From: the human T2T-CHM13v2.0 reference genome, Homo sapiens | Direction: 5' to 3' (one strand) | DNA: 64,000 bases | Assembly (NCBI RefSeq): GCF_009914755.1 | Contig: NC_060931.1 | In this document: positions 22,431 through 41,045 of the stretch, piece by piece | Layout of the letters: each line of letters opens with the position of its first letter | Position numbering within the stretch: position 1 is the first letter of the stretch | The notes under the pieces: generated by a model | Database searches by the model: none | Told to the model about the DNA's origin: nothing | The model's input: only the letters and a program-made list of their open reading frames with translations | Translations under genes and position numbers: made by a program

Positions 22431-23219
22431 TGACCCACCAAACACACACCTATCATTTAGTCAAACCAGCCCTTGGCTGTTAACAGGGTCTCTCTCAGCT
22501 CTCCTAATAACATCTGGCCTAGCTATTATGACTTCACTTTAACTCTATTACTCTTTTAACCTTAGGCCTACTAAACAATACACTGACTATATATCAATGG
22601 TGACATGACATTATCTGAGAAAGTACATTTCAAAGCCACCATACAACAACTGTCCAAAAAGGCCTCCAATATGGAATAGTTCTATTTAATATCTCAGAAG
22701 TAATTTTTTTTTTTTTGCTGGGTTCTTCTTGGCATTCTACCATTCTAGCCTAGCCCCAACTCTAGAACTAGGAGGACACCGACCCCTAACAGGCATTTCT
22801 CCCCTTGACCCTCTGGAAGTACTCCTCCCGAATACATCTGTATTACTTGCATCAGGGGTTTCAATTACCTGAGCCCATCACAGCCTAATAGAAAATAATC
22901 GAAAACAAATAATTCAAGCACTACTTATCACAATTACCTTACGTATTTACTTCACCCTCCTACAAGTCTCAGAATACTCTGAGGCTCCCTTTGCTATTTC
23001 TGATGGAATTTATGGCTCAACATTCTTTACACCTACAGGCTTTCACGGACTTCACATCGTTATGGGATCAACATTCCTCACTATCTGTCTCCCCTGCCAA
23101 CTTTACATACCACTTTACATCTAGCCATCACTTCGGCTTTGAAGCCGTGGCCTGATATTGACACTTTGTAGATGTAGTATGACTATTCTTCTATATTTCT
23201 ATTTACTGATGAGGATCTT
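22430..23219 (+). pseudogene. MT-CO3: COX3 NUMT pseudogene
   Basis: MTHQTH, TGFHGLH, WYWHFVDVVWLF. Confidence 0.95.
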
Positions 23220-23285
23220 ACTCTTTTAGTATATAAACAGTACCATTGACTTCCAATCAGTTTCGACAACATCCGAAAAAGAGTA
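23220..23285 (+). pseudogene. MT-TG: mt-tRNA-Gly pseudogene
   Basis: actcttt...aaagagt stem, TCC anticodon. Confidence 0.87.
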
Positions 23286-23626
23286 ATTAACCTGCCCTAG
23301 CAGTCAACACCCTATTAGCTCTATCGCTAATAGTTATTATGTTTTGGCTCCCACAACTTAATATTTATATAAAAAAAATCCAGCCCCTACGAATGCAGAT
23401 TTGACCCATTACCCCCCACCCACATTCCCTTCTCCATAAAATTTTTTCTAGTAGCCATCACATTCCTCCTATTTGACTTAGAAATCGTCCTACTACTACC
23501 CTTGCCATGAGCCCTTCAAACAAGCAACCTGACACTAATAATCAGCACAGCTCTTAATACTAGTTACCATTTTAGTCCTAGGGTTAACTCATGAATGAAC
23601 TCAAAAAGGATTAGACTGAACTGACT
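23286..23626 (+). pseudogene. MT-ND3: ND3 NUMT pseudogene, copy 2
   Basis: Paralog of 3-353. Confidence 0.93.
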
Positions 23627-23693
23627 TGGTAGATAGTTTAAGTCAAAATAAATGATTTTGACTCATTAGATTATGATAGAACATATTAACCAA
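23627..23693 (+). pseudogene. MT-TR: mt-tRNA-Arg pseudogene, copy 2
   Basis: Paralog of 354-420. Confidence 0.88.
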
Positions 23694-23990
23694 ATGTGCT
23701 CTATTTGTATCAATATCATATTAGCATATACCATATCACTTCTGGGGATATTAATCTATTGATCCCACCTGATATCATCCCCACTATGCCTAGAAGGAAT
23801 AATATTATCATTATTCATCATAAATACCCTTATACCTTTAAATATACATTTCACCCTAGCATTCATAATACCCATTACCCTCCTAGTATTTGCTGCCTGC
23901 GAAGGCACAGCGGGCCTTGCCTTACTAGTTTCAATCTCCAACATGTATGGCCTAGACTATGTACATAACCTAAATTTACTTCAATGCTAA
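23694..23990 (+). pseudogene. MT-ND4L: ND4L NUMT pseudogene, copy 2 (297 bp)
   Basis: [19 protein letters not shown]. Confidence 0.94.
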
Positions 23991-25363
23991 AAATTATTAT
24001 TATTCCAATAATTACACTGCTACCAATAAAATGACTCTCTAAAAACTCTATAATCTGAATCAATATGACTATTCACAGCCTAATCATCAGCTTCATTGCC
24101 CTGTTATTTTTTAATCAATTTAATGACAATCTATTCAACTTCTCATTAACTTTCTCTTCTGATCTGCTGACATCACCCCTTCTAATCTTAACAGCCTGAC
24201 TACTACCTCTTAGAATTATAGCAAGCCAGTACCACCTCTCCAATGAGTCACCCCCATGGAAAAAGCTCTATTATTTCCATATTGGTTTCCCTACAATTTT
24301 CTTTAATTATGGAATTGACAGCCACAGAACTAATTATATTTTATATTCTCTTTGAAGCTACACTTATCCCTACCTTAATTATGATCACCCCCTGAGGTAA
24401 CCAACCAGAACGCCTCAATGCAAGCTCGTATTTCTTATCTTATACACTAGTGGGATCTCTTCCCCCTGCTTACTATACTTATTTATATACTCAAAATACC
24501 TCGGTTCACTGAACACGATAATAATAATATTTAACACCCAAGAACTATTAATTTCCTGATCCAATAACCTTGTATGATTAACATGTATTATGGGTTTTAT
24601 AGTAAAAATACCCCTACACGGACTTCACCTATGACTTCCTAAAGCCCATGTACAAGCCCCTATTGCAGGCTCAATAGTACTTGCAGCAGTTCTCCTAAAA
24701 CCAGGCAGCTATGGCATAATACGGGTTACCCTTATCCTCAGCCCCCTGACAGAATATACACCTTACCCCTTCCTCATGTTATCCTTATGAGGGATAGTTA
24801 TGATAAGCTCTATTTGTCTACGACAAACTGATCTAGAATCACTTATTGCATATTACTCTGTAAGTCATACAGCACTTGTTATTAAGGCTATCCTCATTCA
24901 AACTCCCTGAAGCTTTACCGGTGCAATTACCCTCATAATTGCCCATGGACTTACTTCAACCTTACTATTCTGCCTAGCAAATTCAAACTATGAGTGAATC
25001 CATAGCCGAATCATATTACTCTTTTAAGGTCTTCAAACACTACTCCCACTAACAGCCTTTTGATGACTTATAGCAAACCTTACTAACCTTGCCTTACCCC
25101 CCACCACTAATCTAATAGGAGAACTCTTTGTAATGGTGGCTTCATTCTCCTGATCAAACATCATCATTATGCTTATAGGACTAATATATTAATCACAGCC
25201 CTTTATTCCCTATACATGCTTATCACAACACAAGGAACACTTACATATTACATTAACAGTATTAAACCTTCCTCCACACAAGAAAAGATGCTAATACTTA
25301 CACACCTTGCACCTATTCTCCTATTATCCCTAAACCCTAAGATTATTATAGGTTTTATACCCT
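23984..25363 (+). pseudogene. MT-ND4: ND4 NUMT pseudogene, copy 2
   Basis: Paralog of 684-2053. Confidence 0.96.
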
Positions 25364-25562
25364 GTAAGTATAGTTTAATCAAAACATTAGATTGTGGGTT
25401 TAGTAATAGAAGTCTGCAATTTCTTATTTACTGAGAAAGTATGCAAGAACTGCTAACTCATGCCCCCATGCCTAACAACATGGCTTTCTCAAGTTGTAGA
25501 GGATAAGAGCTATCCATTGGTCTCAGGAACCAAAAATATTGGTGCAACTCCAAATACAAGTA
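25364..25562 (+). pseudogene. mt-tRNA His, Ser(AGY), Leu(CUN) pseudogenes, copy 2
   Basis: Paralog of 2054-2252. Confidence 0.9.
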
Positions 25563-27341
25563 ATAATCATGTATTTTTCCATTACTATAAATTTAATCTC
25601 CTTAACCTTACAATCACTACATTAATCAACTCTCACAAGAACTCATATCCATATCACGTAAAAATATCTACTGTATGCACCTTCACCATTAGCTTCATTC
25701 CCACAATGTTTGTGTATATAGACCAAGAAGCCATCATCTCAAACTGATATGGAATAACAATCCAAACCTTAATCTCTCACTAAGCTTCAAACTAGACTAC
25801 TTCTCCATAAAATTTATCCCAGTAGCACTATTTGTCACCTGATCTATTAGAGAATTCTCAATATGGTATATAAAATCAGATCCCAACATTAATCAATTTT
25901 TCAAATATTTATTTTCCTCACCACAATATTCTAGTTACCACCAACCTTTTTTCACAACCTTTTTCAACTTCTTGTCAGATAAGAAGGCATAGGAATTATG
26001 TCTTTTTTTACTGATTGGCTGATGACACGGCCGAGCAGATGCTAATACAGCAGCCCTCCAAGCAATTCTATATAACCACATTGGCAATATTGGCTTCATT
26101 TTAGCTATAGCATGATTCCTCTCATCCTGCAATACATAAGAACCTCAACAAGCATTTATCCTAAATCCTTCCCCCGACCTTCTTCCATTAATTGGCCTTC
26201 TCTTAGCAGCAGCAGGAAAGTCAGCTCAATTTGGCCTCCACCCCTGACTTCCTTCCACCATGGAAGGCCCAACCCCAGCCTCAGCCGTACTCCACTCTAG
26301 CACTATAGTTGTAGCAGGAGTTTTCCTGCTTATCCACTTCCACCTTTTAATAGAAAATAGTATATTAATCCAAACCCTTACACTGTGTTTAGGGGTTATT
26401 GCCACCTTATTTACAGCAATTTGTGCTCTAACACAAAATGTTATCAACAAAATCGTAGCGTTATCCACCTCAAGTCAACTAGGCCTTATAATAGTCACAA
26501 CTGGCATTAATCAAGCACACCTAGCATTCCTACATATCTGCACCCATGCCTTTTCTAAAGCTATATTATTTATATGTTCAGGATCCATCACCCATAACCT
26601 CAACGATGAACAAGATATCCGAAAAACAGGAGGACTATTTAAGACTTTACCCCTTACTTCCTCCTCCCTTATTATTGGCAGCCTAGCACTTACGGCTATG
26701 CTTTTCCTCACAGGCTTTTATTCTAAAGATCTCATTATCACAACTGCAAACACATCATATATCAAAGCCTGAGCCCTCTCTACTACTCTTATTGCCACCT
26801 CCCTAACAAGAGTCTATAGTATCCAAATTATTTTCTTTGCTCTAATAGGACAACCCCGCTTCCCAACCCTAATCAGCATTGACGAAAATAACCCTTCCCT
26901 AATAAACCCAATTAAATGCTTTATAGTCAGCAGTATCTTCCCTGGGTTTCTCATCACCAACAGCATTATCCCTAACTTCATCCCCCCAAACAACTAAAAC
27001 TTACAGCCTTGGGTGTAACCGTCCTAGGACTCTTACTGGCAATGGAACTTAGTTTTATAACTAATAATCTTAAGATAACATATCCATTACAAACATTCAA
27101 CTTCTCCAATATATTAGGATTCTACTCAATCACAATTCATCGTACAACCCCTCACTCAAACCTATCTACAAGCCAAAACCTGGCATCACTTCTGCTAGAT
27201 CTAACTTGACTAGAAAAGTTCATACCAAAGACAATTTCACAGACCCAAATCACAGCCTCCATTACCATAACTACTCAAAAACGCCTAATTAAATTTTATT
27301 TTTTTATTCCACCCTTTTTAACTTTACTCTTAATTATCTAA
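25563..27341 (+). pseudogene. MT-ND5: ND5 NUMT pseudogene, copy 2
   Basis: [25 protein letters not shown]; frameshifts. Confidence 0.96.
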
Positions 27342-27861
27342 TCTATTACCCCAAGTAATTTCAACTGCAACATAAATACAAACAAACAGTGTTCAACCAG
27401 CAACTACCACCAATCAACACCCATAATTATATAAACCACCAGCACCCGGAGAATCCTCACAGATCAACCCTGGCCCCTCACCCTCAAAAATTATTCAACT
27501 TCCCACACTAATAAAATTAACTATGATGACCACCCCATCATACTCACCATTCATCAAAGTAACAACAACTCTATTGGTAGCCCCAGTACTAAAGTTCCTA
27601 AAACCTCAATACTTGATCCTCATGCCTCAGGGTATTCCTCAATAGCCATCACCGCAGTATATCCAAAAACAACCATCATCCCCCCCAAATAAATAAAAAA
27701 GACTATTAATCCCATAAAAGCCCCACCATAATTCAACACAACACAACCTACAGCACCACTAAGAATTAACCCTAAACCCCCATAAATAGGAGAAGGTTTA
27801 GAAGGAAAACCTACAAATCCCATAACAAAAGAACACTTAGTAAGAATAAAGCATATGTCAT
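27342..27861 (-). pseudogene. MT-ND6: ND6 NUMT pseudogene, copy 2
   Basis: [22 protein letters not shown]. Confidence 0.95.
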
Positions 27862-27925
27862 GATTCCCACATGGGTTATAGCCATGACTAATGATATGAA
27901 AAACCATCACTGTACTTCAAGAACA
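27862..27925 (-). pseudogene. MT-TE: mt-tRNA-Glu pseudogene, copy 2 (same deletion as copy 1)
   Basis: Paralog of 4570-4633. Confidence 0.85.
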
Positions 27926-27928
27926 CTA

Positions 27929-29070
27929 ATGACCATTACATGTAAAACAAACCCACTAATAAAAATCATTAGTTACTCATTCATTGATCTCCCCGCACCA
28001 TCTAATATCTCTATATGATGAAACTTCGGCTCACTTCTTGGTACCTGCTTAATCCTCCAGATCCTCACAGGGTTATTTCTGGCCATACACTACACACCAG
28101 ATACCTCGTTTGCTTTCTCTTCAGTCGCCTATATTAACCGAGATGTGGACTACAGCTGAAGAGTCCACTATTTTCACACTAATGGCTCTTCAACATTCTT
28201 CATCTGCCTCTTCCTACACGTCGGCGGAAGCTTATATTAAGGGTCATTCATATATTTAGAAATCTGACATAGTGGCATTATGCTCCTACTCACAACCACA
28301 GCAACAGCATTTATAGGCTATGTTCTTCCATGAGGCCAAATATCATTCTGAGGCGCTACCGTAACCACAAACCTACTATCAGCCATCCCATATATTGGAA
28401 CTGACCTTGTCCAATGAATCGGAGGTGGATTTCCAGTTGACAAAGCCACTCTTACACGATTCTTCGCCTTCCACTTCATCTTACCTTTCACCATAATAGC
28501 CCTAACACTTCTCCACCTTTTATTCCTACACGAAACAGGGTCTAAAAATCCTTCAGGAATTTCATCACATTCTGACAAAATCACCTTCCACCCTTACTAT
28601 ACAACCAAAGATATTCTAGGTTTAATTTTTCTCCTCCTCCTTTTAATAATTCTAGTACTGTTTTCGCCTGACCTCCTGAGTGACCCACATCATTACACCT
28701 TAGTCAACCCCCTAAATACCCTGCCCCACATTAAACCACAGTGATACTTTTTATTTGCATACGCAATCTTATGATCCATCCCCAATAAACTATGAGGCGT
28801 ACTGGCCCTTCGATTATCCATTCTCATTCTAGCAGTTGTTCCTGCCCTCCACACATGGCAAACAACAAAGCATCATATTCCGCCCATTAAGTCAATATCT
28901 GTCCTGAATCTTAGTCACCGACCTATTCACACTCACATGAATTGGAGGACAGCCAGTTGAACATCCTTTTATTACCATCGGACAGATAGCATCTATGATA
29001 TATTTCTCTATTATTCTTGCCCTCATACCACTCACCACCCTAATCGAAAATAAACTACTTAAATGAAACT
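27929..29070 (+). pseudogene. MT-CYB: CYTB NUMT pseudogene, copy 2
   Basis: Near full length with internal stops. Confidence 0.96.
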
Positions 29071-29206
29071 GCCCTTGTAGTATAATCCAATAACCAGTCT
29101 TGTAAAGCAGAAATGGAGAGTCCCCTCCCTAGGACAACTCAGAGAAAAAGCATTCCCACTTCACCATCAACACCCAAAGCCGAGATTCTAATTAAACTAT
29201 TCTCTG
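29071..29206. pseudogene. mt-tRNA-Thr (+) and tRNA-Pro (-) pseudogenes, copy 2
   Basis: Paralog of 5655-5791. Confidence 0.88.
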
Positions 29207-29932
29207 TATTCTTTTTGGCGCGCATTTTAACTACTATGTAAGTGCTGACCATCAGCACTAATACATTAATACTTTTATGTACTTTGTGCGTTATTGCTAG
29301 TCTCCATGAATATATAGCACTATCAATGCTTGATTGTACACAGTATATTCTCAGATTATATGACATTACAAACTTGCTCCACATGAATATAAGCAAGTAT
29401 TAGCAATTCTTTAACTATCGTACATAATACTACACTTACGTATAGAACTAGTTCCACATGGATATTGACCAGTACTCAAAATGCTTAATATTACATAGTA
29501 CATTCATTTGTTCATTGGACATAGCACATTTCAGTCAAAACCACCCTCCCAACATGGATATCTCCTACCAAATTTTGGTCTCTTAATCTACCAACCTTCT
29601 AGAAATCCTCATCCCACTTGGGCATGTTACCCTCCTCGCTCCAGGCCTATAATACTTGGGGGTGACTATACTGAAACTATACCTGGCATCTGGTTCTTAC
29701 CTCAGGACCATAAAACTAAGATTGCCCACATGTTCCCCTTAAATAAGACATCTCCATGGACTACCGACTATCACCCTATTAACCAGTCACGGGAGCACTG
29801 TCACACATTTGGTATTTTTAACTTTTGGGGATGCTATCATTCACCATCACAGAAGGCCTGGTCCCCTGTCCATCGGCTGTAGTAGTACTTGGATTTGATT
29901 TCCACCAAACCAATTGTAGAAGTCACACCTAC
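29207..29932 (+). other. Fossil mitochondrial control region, copy 2
   Basis: Paralog of 5792-6517 with the same end point. Confidence 0.92.
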
Positions 29933-31790
<1,858 letters not shown>

Positions 31791-32112
31791 CCGAAGCTGC
31801 CTGTTCCTTGAGCACGATGTGTAGCAAGGAGAGCTGGAGTGAGAGCAGCACCATGGGGAAGGGACAGGATTGCCACCCTGAGCTGTGTCACCTTAGGCCA
31901 GACCCCTCTTCTCCAAGCCAGGTCAACCACATGGGTGATTTCAGGAGCCTGTGCCCACTCAGACAAGCTGGATTTTAGCTTCCTAGGGGGATGGGAACCT
32001 GTGAGGGTTTAGAGATGCTGGCAGCTCCTTTTTCCTGGGAGAAATTTCCAAACAGGGAACAAACAGAGCCACCCTGGCCCTGCTGAGGGAGGGTCCTACC
32101 AGAAACCCTCAC

Positions 32113-34881
<2,769 letters not shown>

Positions 34882-37084
34882 GCTTCCCGCTCCTCTGCTC
34901 GGCAGCAGTCTGCAGGGCTAAGAGCACCGCGGGAGGAGCCTTGCAGGTGGGTCGCGTGACGCACATGTCACGTGATGCGCCTGAGGCCGTTCGCGCCATC
35001 TTTGTTGAGGGCGAGTGCCAGACCATGAGGGGCTGGGCGGGGCCGGGTGCTGCCCAGTGGAGCCAATGGCTGGGAACCCCGGGGAAGAGGGACCCACACC
35101 CCCTGTCACCCATCCGCTCCCTGGGTCCAAAGCAATCATCCTTTGTAATCTCTGACGGGGAACAACTGGCCGTTGTCCTTTAATTAGCAGGGGACACACT
35201 AAGCTATGGTCTCCTGCAGGCTCTGTAAACATCCGTGAAATCAGCCTGGTGACTCCAAGCTCGGTGCAGACTGCGGGGGCCCATAGTGGCCAAGGGGGAG
35301 CCCTCGTCCCTGGTCTGGCTCTGAGAACAGCCTCCAGGAGAAACTGCCAAGCCGCTGGGACTCGTGGCAGCTGCTCAACCCGGCAAGTTCTTTCTTGCAA
35401 ATTGAGATCCAGGCTGCGATCTGGGCTGGCTCTGCACATTCTGGGTGCCCGGTATCTGCTGGTTGGAGCTGCCTGGACACCTCTGAGGGCTGCTTGTGCG
35501 TGGGTGGGGGCTGCTTTTTAACACATGTCTGCCCCGTGGGCCGCGCCTTCTCCACTTCTTCTGGCCTTATTAAATGATGGTTATTGCAGGGAGGATGTAG
35601 CGCCAAGCATCCTCTTATGCAGCACTGTGAGATGCGGGGTGTCCAGTGTCCTAGGAGAAATTCAAGCCTCATTTCCCTCTGAGACACTGGGATGAGGCCA
35701 TGTGCAGAGTCTCAGTGCCCGGATCCCGGGTGCGTCATCTGAGTCTGTGCATGAGGTGCCAAGGCCTGGCCCTGGGCTGTGTGGGATGCGATTGAAGTGT
35801 GTCTGATGGGAAGGCCCAGTTCACACCCACCAGGGGCCAAGAGTGCACAGATGTAGATGCCAGTGCCTGCCCAAGTCACCCAAAACGGAGAAAGGGAGGC
35901 ACTGGGAAGCCCTCGGGCCAGAGGCTGATGACATGGAATCCTCAAGGGGACTGCCCGCTGCTCAGGGCAGAAGGGGACATCCTGATGCGGCACCCGTGAC
36001 AGCCCCCCACCGTTCCTGCCCCCTGGACCCACTGTCCCTGGAGACCTGTGGAGAGAACCACTTCTGACTAGAAGGCATCTCCGTCATTTGCTTTGTCTCC
36101 CCTTGGTCACTACAAAGACAGATGCTCACAGCCCTCGGGTGACAAGCTTGTGCTTCTGCCCCCTTCTGATGCCCCTGCTCTACGGGTGTGGCCACTGCTC
36201 CTGGCTTGCAGTGTCTGTGCGGCTATGACAGCCCAGGTTCCTCTCAGGGCAGGTGTCCCTCCCGCAGAAAGCTCACCCTGTCTCCTGGGCCCTCGCCCTG
36301 CTCCTGGACGGAGGAGGGAAGGACTGGGGTGGTGGCTGATGGATTCTCATGTCACCTCTTTCCCATATTCCCCTGGGCTCTTCCTTCAGAGCCTCCACTC
36401 TGCACCCTGATGACTCACTGTGTCTCATATAGGAAGCCCCCAGTGACATCTCATGCCCTGTACACAGGTCCCTACAGCCCGGGCCCCTCCCCAGCTCTAC
36501 TGCCTCTGGCGAAAACCCCACTTTCACCCCTCCCTCCTTACATCTGGTGGAGAGTGCAGGGGGCTTGTTGGAGGGAAGCCACATGTGAGACCCACACGAC
36601 GCACCAACCCCCACTGTGCAGACGCCATCCCATCTATTTTCTTCCTTCCCTTCTGCAGTCAACACAGCCCTGGCTCTGCATTCAGCCCTCTCTTTACAGG
36701 GCTGTGTCTGGGCAGATGGGGCTGGAAAACAACTTGCTGGGCCGAGCTGGGGTGTGTTGTGAACGTCAAGGCCCAGCCTGTGCAACAGGAGGCTCCAGGA
36801 TCCCTTTAGGGGTAGGGTAAGGTGCGGGAGAGTGCAGGTTAAATGGGATGGGCAGGGGCAGACAGGCAACAGGGGTGATTAATTTTTCTCAAAGCATTGC
36901 CAGGCTACCTTTCAATTCCTTTTCTGTGGCCCAGGCCAAGGAAAGTGAATGTTCTGCTGCCAACCTGGTTTGTCTTTTAATCACACCCTTTGCTTGTCAG
37001 TTTAGACACCCTGGTATACTCTCATTGCTTTTTAGCAATCTTTGCAACTTGCTGGACTTTTCCACCCAAATAGGAACAGTAGAC

Positions 37085-37297
37085 CATGTGTACTGTGTGC
37101 CAGGCACTGTGCTAAATGCATTAGCTATTTCAATCCTCACAACAGCCCTATGAGATGGGCACTATCATTATCCTTATTCTGTAGATGAGGAAATTGGCAC
37201 AGAGAGGTTAATTAATTAGCCCAGAGTCACTCAGCTAGTGAGTGGCAGAGCTGAGATTTGAACCTAGGCAGCCTGGCTTCAGGGTCTATGCTCTTAA
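37085..37297 (-). mobile_element. MIR
   Basis: tgtgccaggcactgtgctaa..gtagatgaggaaattggcacagagaggttaa core. Confidence 0.85.
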
Positions 37298-37950
37298 TGT
37301 CTCACTGTAGGGGCTCTTAAGTGAGTCCTCAACTTCCATGGCTTCAGTTGAATGGACTTCTCCGTGGAGGCAGGGCTAGGAGGATGTTTATCCAGGGGTC
37401 CTACAGCGACCACCTAGAAGGATGGGATTGGCTGTGACTCAGACTCTACCCTTGCTGCTGCCTCTGCCTGGAGCTCTGCCCCCAGCTCATCCCAGGATCT
37501 GCTCCTCCTCCCTCCTCAGGACTCAGGTACAGCATTGCAGGGGATGTTTACTGAGCACCTGCTATCTGCCAGGCACTGTGCTAGGTGCAGGGGATCTCGC
37601 AACAAACAAAATCACTGCTTTTATGGAGCAGACATTCAGTAAGTGGAGAGGGATAAACAAATCAGTGAAAGGTACGAATGTCAGCTGCTAATCCATGCTA
37701 CGGGGAGACATTCAGCAGGCTTGGGGATAGGAAGTCCCAGGTATGTGGGAGGGTGTGTTAGCTTCCTGTGGTTGCTGTGACAAATCACCACCAACCTGAT
37801 AGCTTCAAACAACACAGATGGACTCTCTCCTAGCTCTGAAGGTCAGGAGTCTGCCATCAGTTTCACTGGGTTAAGTCAAGGTGTCAACAGGGCTGGCTCC
37901 TGCTGGATGCCCTGAGGGCAGGATTCTTTGCATTTTCAGTGTCTGTATTT

Positions 37951-38576
37951 CCTTCCTTCCTTCCTTCCTTTCTTCATTTCTTCCTTTCTTTTTCTTTCTT
38001 TCTCCCTTCCCTTCCCTTCTCTTCCTTTCCTTTCTTTCTTTCCTTCCTTCCTCTCTTTCTCCCTTCTCTTTCTCCTCCCTTTCCTTCCCCTTCCCTTCTT
38101 CCCTTCCATTCCCTTCTATTCCCTCCCTCCCTCCCCTCCCCTCCACCTCTTTCTTTTTTTTCTTTCTCTTTGTTTCTTTCCTTCTTTCTTTCTTTTTCTC
38201 TCTTTCTCTCTTTTTTTTCTTTCTCCCTTCCCTTCCCTTCTCTTCCTTTCCTTTCCTTTCTTTCTTTCCTTTCTCCCTTCTCTTTCTCCTCCCTTTCATT
38301 CCCCTTCCCTCCTTCCCTTCCCTTCTCTTCCCTCTCCTCCCCTTCCCTGCCCTCCCCTCCTCTCCTCTTTCTTTCCTTTTTTCTTCTCTCCCTCTCTTTC
38401 TCTCTTTCTCCCTCCCCTTGCCTCTCCTTCCCTCCCTGCTTTCCTCCCTCCCTCCTTCCCTTCCTTTCCTTCCCCTTCCCCTTCCACTTCCCCCTTCCCT
38501 TCCTTTCCCTTCCCTTCCCTTCCCCTTCCTTCCTTCCTTTTTTTTCCCTCTCTGTCTTTGTCTCTTTCTTTTTTTT
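37951..38576. repeat. ~630 bp polypyrimidine (CT-rich) low-complexity tract
   Basis: Almost only C and T; mixed TTCC/TTTC/TTCCC units. Confidence 0.97.
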
Positions 38577-38851
<275 letters not shown>

Positions 38852-39649
38852 TAAGCCCCTCATATTCCGGGGCTCATGGCGCCTTCCTCCATCCTCAAGC
38901 ACATGATTCCAGTATCTGCCCTGTCGCTACAGCTCCTTTGACTCAGACCCTCCTGCCCCACTCTTATAAAGACCCCTGTGATTACACTGGGCCCACCCAG
39001 GTCATCCAGAGTCATCTTTCGATCTCAAGATCCTTCACTTAACTACATCAGCAAAGCCCCTTTGCAATGGACATGCACACAGGTCCCAGGGGTTTGAATG
39101 TGGACACATATGGGGGGCCCTTGTTCAGCCCCCTATGGAGGGTGGTTGTTGATTTTCTGTAGGATGGTCAGGGAAGACCCTGCTGAGAAGCCACCATTTG
39201 AGCGAAGACCAGAGGAGCTAAAGCTGTGGGCCAGGATGACATCGAGGGTGGAGCCTTCCAGGCAAAAGAACAATGAGTACAAAGTTGGCAACAGGTGTGC
39301 TGGCATGTTCCAGGAAAACCGGGGAGGGAGCCACAGCTGCGGCCAAGTGAGGAGAGGAGCAGTGGGAGGTGAGGTCAGAGAAGCCTTGGGGACAGAATCT
39401 GTGGGCCTCAGTGGTTACCATGAAGCTCGGGGTTTTACTCTGAGTATGTGGGAGCCATGGAGGGTTCTGAGCAGAGGAAGCACAAGACCCGACCTAGGTT
39501 TCACAGGCTTCCTCTGGCTGCTGTGTGGAAAATAGGGAAATGGGGCAAGAGTGGAAGAAGGGAGGCTTGTCGGGAAGCTTTTGCGCAATGGCCCGGGTGA
39601 GAAAGACTCATGGCTTGGTCCAGATGCTGGGATGTGTCCCCCATGTCGC

Positions 39650-39835
39650 CTTTCAGAAGCAGCCCCACTGCCTAGGGGGTTGCCTGCTGAGAGCTCACAG
39701 CTGAGACCCTCCCCAGAAAATGCCTCTGGCTGACAGGAGCTGCTTTGCCCAATCACCCTTCCTGAGGTCCCTCCATCTCCAAAGACTGGTGGTAAACACA
39801 GGGGTCTAAAGATCCAGCCCCTTGACTCAATTCAT
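39650..39835. mobile_element. Old ERVL (LTR16-like) fragment
   Basis: gagagctcacagctgagaccctccccagaaaatgcc..ggagctgctttgccc; recognised from memory only. Confidence 0.45.
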
Positions 39836-40249
39836 CGCAGTTCTGAAGGGCCATCTTCACTGCAGACTTCCTCGAAGGATGGATTGCAAAGTCATGAGTA
39901 GAGCATGCAGGGCTCAGGCGACTATCTATATGTCTCTCTATATTTTAGGATCGCTGTCTACATTAGCAATTTGTTTAAAAATATATTTCAAAATTCCTGG
40001 GCCCACGTGAGGTCTAGTGATTTATCCATGAAGGTATAGAATAAGGGATAGAGAAGGGGTACTTATGTGGTTTATTGTCCAACAGATCGTGTGAAAGTTT
40101 TTCGTCATGTCCAGGCACCACCTCTTCCTGGTCAGGCCCATGTTATATACGAGAACAGTGGAACAAGTCAAAGGCAAAGCAACACGTCCCCCTGTAAAAA
40201 CTGTCAGTGTAACCGTCCACTTCCGTATCTGTCCAGTCACTTAACAAAT

Positions 40250-40620
40250 ATTGTCCAGTCACTTAACACCTTTAAACACAGGCCGCTGTGCTGGTGTCTG
40301 GGACACAGCGGTGAGTAAGAGCCGTCTAATCTCACGACACTCTCAGGAAGTTCCAGTCTATGAGGATGGACAGCATGCAGGTCAACACATAAACATCATT
40401 CAGACTGTGAAAAGTACAACAAAGGACACAGATTGGGATATGGGATAAACAGTCGTGAGGGTGGAGCTACTGTCTCATTTTGGGTGGTCTGGGAGGGCCT
40501 CTCTGAGGAGGTGACATGTGGGCTGAGTCCTGAAGGATAAGAAGGGGCTGCAACGGGTGATTTGAGGGAGCAGTGTACTAGGTGGGAGGAACAGCAAGTG
40601 CAAAGGCCAGAGATCAGGCA
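40250..40620 (-). mobile_element. L2 remnant
   Basis: gggagggcctctctgaggaggtgacatgtgggctgag..acagcaagtgcaaaggcc. Confidence 0.7.
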
Positions 40621-40646
40621 GATCAGAGATGAGGCCAGGGTATCTA

Positions 40647-41045
<399 letters not shown>

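Noticed and set aside
26260-26772. 170 aa ND5-like ORF as a functional gene
   Set aside because: Residual open stretch inside a frameshifted pseudogene; no promoter or splice support
35100-37080. GC-rich unique region with several 100-210 aa ORFs
   Set aside because: Overlapping ORFs on both strands without recognisable homology or exon structure; a BLASTX/BLAT search would settle it
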